A DNA stretch of 64,000 nucleotides from Candidatus Colwellbacteria bacterium CG10_big_fil_rev_8_21_14_0_10_42_22. GTDB taxonomy: Bacteria > Patescibacteriota > Minisyncoccia > UBA6257 > Colwellbacteraceae. This document shows positions 57,174 through 64,000 of the stretch, in pieces. The notes beneath the pieces were generated by a model. The model searched no databases. It was given only the letters and a program-made list of their open reading frames with translations, and was not told the origin of the DNA. Made by a program: the position numbers and the translations under genes. Where the stretch lies: positions 2,654 through 66,653 of the forward strand of contig PFAH01000008.1 of assembly GCA_002773725.1 (NCBI GenBank). The letters are read 5' to 3'. Every line of letters starts with the position of its first letter. The stretch's first letter is position 1.

Positions 57174-57587
57174 ATGATCGAATGGAAATTATATCTAGCC
57201 AAACTCTTGGGTAAAAAGCGCCATACGGCGTATGTTCTTTTAGAGAAAGAAGGCAAGTTTTTGCTTGTTCAGGAATCGACTTCGGGAATTCGTGGATTGT
57301 GGGGTTTGCCCGGTGGTGGTATCGATGGGGGCGAATCTCCCGAACAGGCAGCCGAAAGAGAGGTCGAAGAAGAATCGGGCTTTGATGTAGAGCTGATCCG
57401 GAAGATCGCGGAGATTCAGGATAAAAAACGAAACAGTGTGCGCCATATTTTTCTAGGGAAAATAAAGTCAGGTGAGCTTAGAATTGATAAACGTGAACAT
57501 ATAGATGCTGGTTGGTTCAGTAAGGAAGAAATGCAATCTCTCAAATTAAGAGGCGATTGGGTGATAGAAGCTTTTGACTTGATATAA
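57174..57587 (+). CDS. NUDIX hydrolase
   Basis: 137 aa; Nudix box GLPGGGIDGGESPEQAAEREVEEESGF (G-x5-E-x7-REUxEExGU). Confidence 0.85.
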   Translation: MIEWKLYLAKLLGKKRHTAYVLLEKEGKFLLVQESTSGIRGLWGLPGGGIDGGESPEQAAEREVEEESGFDVELIRKIAEIQDKKRNSVRHIFLGKIKSGELRIDKREHIDAGWFSKEEMQSLKLRGDWVIEAFDLI

Positions 57588-57594
57588 TCTCAAT

Positions 57595-57990
57595 ATGGAA
57601 ACATACGTTTGGTATCAGCAATTAATTCGCCCAGATTGGGCACCGCCAGCTTGGGTTTTTGGACCTGTTTGGAGTGTTTTATATTTATTAATATTTATTT
57701 CCTTTGGAGCAGTTCTTTTAAAGGTTTTTCAAAAGAAATTACCAGCAAAGATTGCCCTACCATTTGTCTTGAATATTGTTTTTAATTTGGCCTTTACGCC
57801 CATTCAGTTTGGGCTACAAAATAATATTTTAGCCGCCCTAGATATCTTGTTTGTTTTGGGCACTATGGTTTGGATGTTTAAGTTCATTTGGCCCCACATG
57901 CGTTGGGTGATTTATGTAAACATCCCTTATTTTCTTTGGGTCTCTTTCGCTACTATCCTACAGCTCACTATCACTTATCTAAATCTATAA
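57595..57990 (+). CDS. tspO: TspO/MBR family tryptophan-rich sensory protein
   Basis: 131 aa; five TM helices; W-rich N-terminus WYQQLIRPDWAPPAWVFGPVWSVLYLL. Confidence 0.8.
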   Translation: METYVWYQQLIRPDWAPPAWVFGPVWSVLYLLIFISFGAVLLKVFQKKLPAKIALPFVLNIVFNLAFTPIQFGLQNNILAALDILFVLGTMVWMFKFIWPHMRWVIYVNIPYFLWVSFATILQLTITYLNL

Positions 57991-58037
57991 AAACGAAGAA
58001 GACCACCGCGGGGCGAGGGAAGACGATGGTCTTCTTC
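57990..58037 (-). terminator. intrinsic terminator (11-bp stem GAAGAAGACCA/TGGTCTTCTTC; U-run on the minus strand)
   Basis: Read directly. On the minus-strand RNA the stem is followed by GUUUUUA. It sits between convergent tspO and the 58583-to-58065 gene. Confidence 0.6.
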
Positions 58038-58064
58038 GGGCCGTGATGGTCTTTTGATGTGGTT

Positions 58065-58583
58065 CTAGCAGACGGGTATGGGGGCAATCAATCGCCCACG
58101 CGACCGCCTGCAGTCGGCGATGTCCCAGACCTCCACGAGATCCAGATCGCCGTTCCCTCCGTCGCCGTGCTCGAACGAGCGGTGTTCCAGCTCCGGAACC
58201 TCTTCGATTGCTCTTGAGCAACAGACGCTCGCGAACACGGAAGGCATCATGAGATCAGCGATCTCATGATCGCGGAGGCGGAGGAGCAGATCCTCCAAGT
58301 CCGAGACCGCTTCGTCCCAGGCGGTCTCTTCGCACCAGACCGGCGCGAATCCAAATCGGCGATCGTACCGGTGCGGACGGTACTCATAGAGCACCGTCAC
58401 GCCATCAGGCGGGATGCAGGGCATGGTGCCCTTTTCCACCCACGGCTCGCACTCGCGGAAAATCACTTCCCCCCCGTTACGCAGGGGAGCGATGACTTTC
58501 CGACCTCGCTGGGTCGGTTCGATGATGGCAAACCACTCACCATCATCACCTTGAAATGCTTCAAAGATCGTTCCCCCAAACAT
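58065..58583 (-). CDS. hypothetical protein (172 aa), GC-rich
   Basis: ATG at 58583 with AAGGAGGG 4 nt upstream. A TTGACA-17-TACAAA promoter lies on the minus strand (plus coordinates 58622-58650). The terminator is downstream. No family recognised. Confidence 0.5.
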   Translation of the reverse strand: MFGGTIFEAFQGDDGEWFAIIEPTQRGRKVIAPLRNGGEVIFRECEPWVEKGTMPCIPPDGVTVLYEYRPHRYDRRFGFAPVWCEETAWDEAVSDLEDLLLRLRDHEIADLMMPSVFASVCCSRAIEEVPELEHRSFEHGDGGNGDLDLVEVWDIADCRRSRGRLIAPIPVC

Positions 58584-58644
58584 GGTCCCTCCTTCTTGTC
58601 GCTTCAAGGACCGTTGCGGTGTTTGTACCATAAAACAGAATAAA

Positions 58645-58700
58645 TGTCAATAAAGTGGATACTTTCCACTCTTGATTAAATTAATTTTCTATTGTATAAA
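58645..58700. promoter_or_regulatory. back-to-back divergent promoters: minus-strand TTGACA (58645-58650) for the 172-aa gene and plus-strand TTGATT-17-TATAAA (58672-58700) for rnpB
   Basis: Hexamers read directly. A small hairpin GTGGA-TACTT-TCCAC (58655-58669) sits between the two -35 boxes. Confidence 0.5.
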
Positions 58701-58734
58701 CTTTTCCGCCTACTTATTTGTAGAAAAACTTATC

Positions 58735-58803
58735 TGACAGTAGGTACGCCTACCTGACAGTAGGTGCGCCTACCTGACAGTAGGTAGGCCTGCCTGCCGA
58801 TAG
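58735..58803 (+). repeat. three tandem ~20-nt units (TACCTGACAGTAGGT-N-CGCC), each a CCTAC/GTAGG mini-hairpin, in the rnpB leader
   Basis: Read directly: TATCTGACAGTAGGTACGCC TACCTGACAGTAGGTGCGCC TACCTGACAGTAGGTAGGCC, then TGCCTGCCGATAGGCAGGG. Related GC-rich motifs (CCTGCC, TAGGTAGG, and the palindrome CCTACCGGTAGG) recur at 59211-59262, 3-prime of rnpB. Confidence 0.7.
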
Positions 58804-59210
58804 GCAGGGAGGCAATTTAGATAGCAGCTTTGTGGACTCTACACAGTCGAGATAGTGATTGTTCTTTACATCAGGAGTCCGCAAAGAGGAAAGTCCGGAC
58901 ACTCCTCCGACTTAGGTCGGAGAGCAGGGTAGCGGGTAATACCCGTCGTTCGAAAGAATAGAGGTGCGAGCAGTGACGCTCTGTTTAGAAATATGCAGAG
59001 AGGCCCGATCCCAACGTAGATGGTCTAATCCCGCCATAGGGGCAAAAAGCGGGAGTGAAACGGCTAAATCCTTACCTGAGTGCAAGGCCGTGCTCCGACT
59101 TCGGTCGGAGAGAGCCGCACGAGCTTGAGAGTAATCGATGGCCTAGATAGATTGCTATCATCCGACCACGCGTCGGATTACAGAATCCGGCTTATTAATT
59201 GCCTCCCTGC
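58804..59210 (+). ncRNA. rnpB: RNase P RNA (bacterial type A)
   Basis: P1 pairing GCAGGGAGGCAATT (5-prime) with AATTGCCTCCCTGC (3-prime). P4 strands AGGAAAGTCCGGACACTCC and ACAGAATCCGGCTTAT. Conserved AGGGTAGCGGGTAATACCCG, GGGCAAAAAGCGGGAGTGAAACGGC and TGAGTGCAAGGCCGTGCTCCGACTTCGGTCGGAG modules. Confidence 0.85.
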
Positions 59211-59263
59211 TTACCGGCAGACAGACCTGCCTGCTGATAGGTAGGCCTGCCTACCGGTAGGTA

Positions 59264-59309
59264 AAAGAGGTCATCCGAGATTTATCTTAGATGACCTCTT
59301 TTGGTTTTT
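59264..59309 (+). terminator. intrinsic terminator after rnpB (AAGAGGTCATC ... GATGACCTCTT TTGGTTTTT)
   Basis: 11-bp stem with a T-tract, read directly. Confidence 0.7.
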
Positions 59310-59393
59310 GAGTTGAGAACCAATAGAATTATCAATTACAAAACTAGATTGTCCACTATCAACTATTCTCTAAAAACTATAAACTGACAAAGT

Positions 59394-60146
59394 ATGTCAA
59401 AGTATTACACACCTCGAAGAACAAGAAATATCTATGAGCCAAGCTCGGATGAGCCCTTTAAGTTGAGTCGCTCTAAGGTAGATCTTTTCATTGAATGCCC
59501 AAAATGTTTCTATCTTGATCGTCGTCTTGGAGTTGGCAGACCCCCCGGCTATCCGTTTAGTTTAAATTCTGCGGTTGACTCGCTTTTAAAAAAAGAATTT
59601 GATATCCACAGAGCTGATAAAACGGCTCATCCCTTAATGGAGCAATATGGAATAGACGCTGTTCCTTTTGAACACGAAGATATAGATAAATGGAGAGAAA
59701 ACTTTGTTGGTGTTCAGTATTATCATAAACCAACAAACTTTGTCTTAACCGGAGCTATAGATGATGTTTGGGTAAATCCCAAGGGAGAGTTATTAATTGC
59801 TGACTATAAAGCAACTTCTAAAGATGGAGAAGTTGATCTAGATGCAGATTGGCAGATTAGTTACAAACGCCAAATGGAATTCTACCAATGGTTAATGCGT
59901 CAAAATGGATTCGACGTATCTTCGGTTGGGTATTTTGTTTACGCCAATGGCAAGACGGACACAAAGGCGTTTGACGGCAAACTGGAGTTCGATGTTAAGG
60001 TGATTCCCTATGAGGGCGATTCGTCTTGGGTAGAGCCCACTCTCGAGAAGATTAAATCGACTCTAGATGCAAATAATGTTCCGGAGGCAGATGATGATTG
60101 TGATTTTTGCAGATATAGAAAAGCGGTGGTGGAAGTGGGCGAATAG
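59394..60146 (+). CDS. PD-(D/E)xK nuclease with four-Cys cluster (Cas4-like / DUF83-type)
   Basis: 250 aa; N-terminal ECPKCFYLD and C-terminal CDFCRYRK Cys pairs flank the nuclease core GAIDDVWVNPKGELLIADYKA (D...D/E-x-K). Confidence 0.65.
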   Translation: MSKYYTPRRTRNIYEPSSDEPFKLSRSKVDLFIECPKCFYLDRRLGVGRPPGYPFSLNSAVDSLLKKEFDIHRADKTAHPLMEQYGIDAVPFEHEDIDKWRENFVGVQYYHKPTNFVLTGAIDDVWVNPKGELLIADYKATSKDGEVDLDADWQISYKRQMEFYQWLMRQNGFDVSSVGYFVYANGKTDTKAFDGKLEFDVKVIPYEGDSSWVEPTLEKIKSTLDANNVPEADDDCDFCRYRKAVVEVGE

Positions 60147-60171
60147 ATTAAAGTTTTGTTATAATTAAGGT

Positions 60172-60504
60172 ATGAAGACGCTTCTTCGTTGGATAGCTCT
60201 GACGCTTACGATATTGGCTCTTTCGAATCTTCTACCATCTGTCAGTATAGACGGATTTTTGACAGCCCTGGTGGCTGCCTTAGTTTTGGGTATCATCAAC
60301 ACTTTTTTAAAGCCGATTATTACCTTCGTTGCTTTCCCCATAAACCTCCTTACATTTGGTCTTTTTACATTAGTTATTAACGCTGGCCTTGTGATGTTGG
60401 CAACTTATATTGTGCCGGGATTTGAGGTAGCTGGTTTTTGGTCTGCAGTTTTGTTCGGTTTTCTACTATCGATTATTTCACCCATTATTTCACTTATTTT
60501 TTAA
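60172..60504 (+). CDS. DUF360 / phage-holin-4-like four-TM membrane protein
   Basis: 110 aa; FLTALVAALVLGIINTFLKPIITFVAFPINLLTFGLFTLVINAGLVMLATYIVPGFEV matches the PF04020 pattern. Confidence 0.6.
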   Translation: MKTLLRWIALTLTILALSNLLPSVSIDGFLTALVAALVLGIINTFLKPIITFVAFPINLLTFGLFTLVINAGLVMLATYIVPGFEVAGFWSAVLFGFLLSIISPIISLIF

Positions 60505-60582
60505 CCCGTTAGGAACAGATCGTTCCTAGATGGTCGTAGCCCACGCTTTTGCAGAGTGTTTTCTAACGGGCTGAAGCGCCTA

Positions 60583-60688
60583 TTGACACCTAGTTTTCTA
60601 TGTTATAGAATTTACTTGTCTGCTGAAGGATTCGTCTTTCGGTAGACAACCAAGAAAGGCCCCCGTCAGGGGGTTTTTCTTTTTTCCC
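60583..60688 (+). ncRNA. candidate small RNA: a strong promoter (TTGACA-17-TAGAAT) followed about 50 nt later by a canonical intrinsic terminator
   Basis: -35 at 60583-60588 and -10 at 60606-60611. Predicted transcript of about 70 nt (60619-60688) contains the internal stem TTGTCT...AGACAA and the terminator GGCCCCCGTCAGGGGGTTTTTCTTTTTT. No ORF with a ribosome-binding site. Confidence 0.5.
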
Positions 60689-60802
60689 CATCCGCCTGGT
60701 TATTCATTAGTTACAAATAGCAGTCCGCCTTTGGCGGAGCGCATATCAAATTGACAATTATGAATATTTGTATCATCATCCGAGAGTCCTTTAAAATACA
60801 TC

Positions 60803-60856
60803 CTCTTGCAAGCTTCTTAGTAAGTTTGTAATTAGCTTTCTAAGAAGCTTGCAAGA
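60803..60856 (+). promoter_or_regulatory. long perfect inverted repeat (17-bp arms, 19-nt loop) in the pgsA 5-prime region
   Basis: CTCTTGCAAGCTTCTTAG...CTAAGAAGCTTGCAAGA, read directly. Each arm contains the 8-bp palindrome CTTGCAAG. It ends about 25 nt before the pgsA ATG. Confidence 0.55.
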
Positions 60857-60880
60857 ATTACTCCAAAGAAAGGGGCAGGC

Positions 60881-61417
60881 ATGCTAAAGAAATTGCCCAA
60901 CTGGTTGGGCTACGCGAGAATGGTCCTGACCCCTGTGGTTATGGGCTTCATCTACTACGGTGACAACGAATTCTGGACGGGGTTCGTTTTCGCCATCGTT
61001 GTGGCGACAGATGGCCTTGATGGCCCCATCGCCCGAGCAACACATTCGACCAGCCAATTTGGCATCATGTTGGACACGCTGGCAGACAAGTTCTTGATTG
61101 CCGGTTGTGTCCTCGCGTTGGTAGCCAAGGACCCAGTTTGGCTTTGGGCGGGATTCATCATCATCGACCGTGATTTCTTGGTGATGACGCTGAAGGCAAA
61201 CGTAGGCGGGGGCTTCATCAAGGCATCCAACTTGGGAAAGATCAAGATGGGCCTTCAATCGGTGGCTATCTACCTGGTCATCAATCCTTGGCCTTTCAAT
61301 GGTGCCACCGGCTGGAACTCTCCTGGTGGGGCGGTGATGGCGTTGGCTCTTTGGTTCACCCTCTTCTCGGCTTGGGACTACTACCACAAGTACACCCGTT
61401 TCTTGCGGTGGAATTAA
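60881..61417 (+). CDS. pgsA: CDP-alcohol phosphatidyltransferase (phosphatidylglycerophosphate synthase-like)
   Basis: 178 aa; D-G-x2-A-R ... G-x3-D-x3-D signature in ATDGLDGPIARATHSTSQFGIMLDTLADKF. GC is clearly higher than the neighbouring genes. Confidence 0.75.
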   Translation: MLKKLPNWLGYARMVLTPVVMGFIYYGDNEFWTGFVFAIVVATDGLDGPIARATHSTSQFGIMLDTLADKFLIAGCVLALVAKDPVWLWAGFIIIDRDFLVMTLKANVGGGFIKASNLGKIKMGLQSVAIYLVINPWPFNGATGWNSPGGAVMALALWFTLFSAWDYYHKYTRFLRWN

Positions 61418-61550
61418 GCCCAGCTAACCACTTGGAGTGTATGTGCCCCGGAAATCGTAAGATGACCGGGGCACCTTCACTTATAGAGTGAGTGAATATA
61501 GAATAAAAACGCTCATTGCCCTCCGTCGCCGATTGGCTATGGAAGGACTA

Positions 61551-61624
61551 TGCCGGATCGTCTAGTGGTAGGACGTCTGTTTCTGGAACAGAAAACCGGG
61601 GTTCGAGTCCCTGTCCGGCAGCCA
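61551..61624 (+). tRNA. tRNA-Gln (anticodon CTG), CCA encoded
   Basis: Hand-folded: acceptor TGCCGGA/TCCGGCA (U1-A72); anticodon stem TCTGT/ACAGA with loop TTCTGGA; T arm CGGGG-TTCGAGT-CCCTG; discriminator G then CCA. Confidence 0.8.
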
Positions 61625-61692
61625 AGTCGTGCTAGTACGAGAAGCGTATGGATCTCGTGCGCTCGAGGAGGGTGATGTGATAAGATTCCAAT

Positions 61693-62538
61693 ATGAATAT
61701 TTGGAAATTAGATAACGGATTTGAATTGCCGAAGGTGGGTTTGGGCACCTGGCTTATGGGAGGGAATATGGAGGCTAATTCTTCAGACGATGAAGTTTGT
61801 TTGAGAGCCATACAGTCAGCCTTAGACTTGGGGTACAGGCATATAGATACAGCTGAGCTTTATGGGAACGGCCACGCTGAGGAGCTAGTTGGACAAGCCA
61901 TCACAAACACCAAAAGAGAAAATCTAATTATAGCCACTAAGGTGGCTAAAACTAACTTGCAATACGAGGATGTCCTTAAAGCGGCCAAAGGAAGTTTGAA
62001 AAGACTGAAATTAGATTACGTAGACATATACTACATCCACGCTCCCAACCCAAATATTCCCGTAGAGGGAACTATGAAAGCAATGAACAAACTAATAAAA
62101 GAAGGGCTAATAAAGAACATCGCCGTAAGTAACTTCACAATAGATATGATTAGAGAGGCACAATCATTCGCCGACACCAAGATCGTGGCTAACCAGGTTG
62201 AATACAGCCTATCCACCCAACTGGAAGACAATTATGGATATAGCAAGAATGTGTGTTCAGAAATGGTTCCCTACTGTCAGGAAAACGGCATTATGCTAGT
62301 AGCCTATAGACCAGTTAACAGAGGTGAGTTACTAGAGCCAAACAAAATTTTGGATAAGGTGGCTCAGAAATACGGTAAGACAAGAGCTCAAATCGCCATT
62401 AACTGGCTTGTCTCCCAAAAGAACGTGGTAACTATTCCGATGTCTCAGAACGAGACACACCTCAAAGAAAACTTAGAAGCGGGGGACTGGGAGATGGATC
62501 CAGAGGACATCGAAGCCCTCGGAGTGGCGTACCGATAG
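61693..62538 (+). CDS. aldo/keto reductase
   Basis: 281 aa; LGTW...RAIQSALDLGYRHIDTAELYGNGHAEELVGQAI and IIATKV carry the AKR catalytic tetrad context (D, Y, K, H). Confidence 0.85.
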   Translation: MNIWKLDNGFELPKVGLGTWLMGGNMEANSSDDEVCLRAIQSALDLGYRHIDTAELYGNGHAEELVGQAITNTKRENLIIATKVAKTNLQYEDVLKAAKGSLKRLKLDYVDIYYIHAPNPNIPVEGTMKAMNKLIKEGLIKNIAVSNFTIDMIREAQSFADTKIVANQVEYSLSTQLEDNYGYSKNVCSEMVPYCQENGIMLVAYRPVNRGELLEPNKILDKVAQKYGKTRAQIAINWLVSQKNVVTIPMSQNETHLKENLEAGDWEMDPEDIEALGVAYR

Positions 62539-62542
62539 TTAC

Positions 62543-62566
62543 GTTCGATTCCCAGACCCCCAGCCA
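62543..62566 (+). other. tRNA 3-prime-end-like fragment (T-loop, T-stem 3-prime strand, acceptor 3-prime strand, G, CCA) without a 5-prime partner
   Basis: GTTCGATTCCCAGACCCCCAGCCA. It reads as TTCGATT (T-loop), CCCAG, ACCCCCA, G, CCA, but no matching 5-prime half (TGGGGGT...CTGGG) lies upstream. It is not identical to the tRNA-Gln at 61551. Confidence 0.4.
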
Positions 62567-62596
62567 AGGTTTGAAGTTCCTAGTGACCACTAGGGA

Positions 62597-62850
62597 TTGC
62601 AATTTTCTATCAGCATTCTATAATCCACTTAATAGCTATGACCCTGGGAGACACAGGTGAGCTGAGGGAAGAAAACCATTATGGTGAGTAGAACCCTTCG
62701 GGAGTGCCCGTGACAGCATAGGACCATTGTCCAATGGTTCGCGAGGCTCTAACTGGTAACAGTTGAGTAAAGCAGGGTGGTATCGTGCACAGAGCGCCCC
62801 TGTAAACCTATTAGCTTAAACTAGTGGGTTTGCAGGGGCTTTTTGTTTGT
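62597..62850 (+). promoter_or_regulatory. promoter (TTGCAA-16-TATAAT) plus T-box riboswitch-like leader with intrinsic terminator, upstream of aspS
   Basis: -35 at 62597-62602 and -10 at 62619-62624. The leader is about 225 nt and contains AGGGTGGTATCGTG (62774-62787; T-box consensus AGGGUGGNACCGCG). Terminator GCGCCCCTG...CAGGGGC (62795-62839) plus TTTTTGTTTG overlaps the T-box 3-prime side. GAC triplets occur in the 5-prime stem region. Confidence 0.5.
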
Positions 62851-62856
62851 AGAAAC

Positions 62857-64000
62857 ATGAAGAGAATCAAAATAGAACAATTAAATAGAAGAGTAGGAAA
62901 GAAAGTTCGGATAGCTGGTTGGGTTCAAACCATCCGAGATCAGGGCGCGATTAAGTTTTTGTTAATTAGGGATGATAGTGGCGTTGTCCAAGTGGTGGTG
63001 AAGGGATCCAAAAGCAAGACTGTTTTCGACTCTATCAGCGATCTTACCACTGAATCTGTGGTTGAGATCCTTGGATTAGTCAAAGAGGAGAAGCAAGCGC
63101 CAGGAGGACTAGAGATGGCAGCCACTTCCCTTTCGGTTTTATCCAAAGCAGATCCAATGCTCCCAATTCCTATAATGGAAAAAGGGGATGGGGAAGCTTC
63201 TCAAGGAAAACGTTTAGACTGGCGATGGCTTGATCTTCGTAAACCGAAGAGTGCTCTCATATTCAAAATCTGGACTACAATGGAGCAGGCCCTTGTTAAC
63301 CACTGTAGCAACAATGGGTTTACCAGAATACATTCTCCCAAGTTTATGAGTAGTCCAAGTGAGTCGGGAGGGGAATTGTTTGAGGTAAAATACTTCGATC
63401 GAAAGGCTTATCTTGCCCAGTCTCCTCAGTTCTATAAACAAATGGCTATGGCTTCCGGTATGGAAAGAGTATTTGAGATAGGTCCGGTTTTTCGAGCAAA
63501 CCCATCCTTTACATCCAGACATGACACGGAATGGACAAGTTATGACATGGAAATAGCTTTTATAGACTCTCACCAGGACGTGATGGCAGAAGAAGAGAAG
63601 CTCATTGTAGCTATGCTAAAAGCTGTGGAGAAAAAATATGGGAAACGAGTAAAAAGAATTTTAGGGAGAAAATTGGTTGTGCCCAAGAGACCTTTCCCTC
63701 AAATAGAATTTTTCGAGGCAAAGAAAGTACTAAAGAGTATGGGTCTAAAAAGTGATAAACCAGAGGACCTTTCGCCAGAGGAGGAGCGTGCTATTAGTAA
63801 GTATGTGATGGAACAACACGGGCATGAATTTGTTTTTGTAACTAACTGGCCTGTTTCAGCAAGACCCTTCTACCACATGAGGTTTGAGGATGAACCTGAA
63901 TTGACCAAAAGCTTCGACTTGCTTTGGAATGGTTTAGAAGTTACAACAGGTGCTCAAAGAGAACACCGCTATAATGTTTTAATTAAACAGGCTAAGGAGA
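62857..64000 (+). CDS. aspS: aspartyl-tRNA synthetase, archaeal/eukaryal-like short type (possibly non-discriminating); 3-prime end beyond window
   Basis: N-terminal OB fold VRIAGWVQTIRDQGAIKFLLIRDDSGVVQVV, then class II motifs FRANPSFTSRHDTEWTSYDMEIAF (motif 2) and GLEVTTGAQREH. The ORF is open to the window edge. Confidence 0.85.
   Translation, partial: MKRIKIEQLNRRVGKKVRIAGWVQTIRDQGAIKFLLIRDDSGVVQVVVKGSKSKTVFDSISDLTTESVVEILGLVKEEKQAPGGLEMAATSLSVLSKADPMLPIPIMEKGDGEASQGKRLDWRWLDLRKPKSALIFKIWTTMEQALVNHCSNNGFTRIHSPKFMSSPSESGGELFEVKYFDRKAYLAQSPQFYKQMAMASGMERVFEIGPVFRANPSFTSRHDTEWTSYDMEIAFIDSHQDVMAEEEKLIVAMLKAVEKKYGKRVKRILGRKLVVPKRPFPQIEFFEAKKVLKSMGLKSDKPEDLSPEEERAISKYVMEQHGHEFVFVTNWPVSARPFYHMRFEDEPELTKSFDLLWNGLEVTTGAQREHRYNVLIKQAKE

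Noticed and set aside
58735-58803. The tandem 20-nt repeats before rnpB, considered as a mini CRISPR array
   Set aside because: There are only three contiguous units with no spacers, no cas genes nearby, and they lie inside the rnpB leader.
60884-61387. 167-aa minus-strand ORF antisense to pgsA
   Set aside because: pgsA carries the clear CDP-alcohol phosphatidyltransferase motif. The antisense frame is an artefact of high GC.
61551-62566. tRNA-Gln plus the downstream tRNA-like fragment as attL/attR of an integrated element carrying the aldo/keto reductase
   Set aside because: The fragment is not a copy of the tRNA-Gln 3-prime end; the T-stem and acceptor sequences differ. The direct-repeat criterion is therefore not met. 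The fragment is kept only as a separate low-confidence observation.

Overview
This 64-kb window is a gene-dense chromosomal segment of roughly 40% GC, with most genes on the plus strand. It reads like a reduced-genome bacterium; a CPR-like lineage is an inference from composition and gene content. Most genes are conserved housekeeping genes. These include the ribosomal cluster infA-rpmJ-rpsM-rpsK-rpsD-rpoA-rplQ-rplM-rpsI, greA, lysS, serS, uvrB, uvrA, uvrC, ychF, nfo, thpR, murB, ppsA, eno, purD, hpf, secA, lepA, prfB, ftsE, ftsX, pgsA and aspS, a glycerate kinase, a 2-hydroxyacid dehydrogenase and cell-envelope glycosyltransferases. There are three tRNAs (Gly-CCC, Thr-CGT, Gln-CTG), an RNase P RNA (rnpB), a T-box leader candidate upstream of aspS, and a ~64-nt repeated intergenic module. 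The most unusual feature is a set of short insertions at about 50-55% GC between core genes, each encoding small unrecognisable proteins with its own ribosome-binding site, promoter-like elements and intrinsic terminator. The largest (54190-56946) holds eight small ORFs in two divergent, translationally coupled operons: zinc-finger and zinc-ribbon-like proteins plus small membrane proteins, around a palindromic control region. About 1 kb further on lie rnpB, flanked by GC-rich short repeats, a Cas4-like nuclease, a holin-like protein and a candidate small RNA. All coordinates and calls come from reading the sequence by eye; no searches were run.
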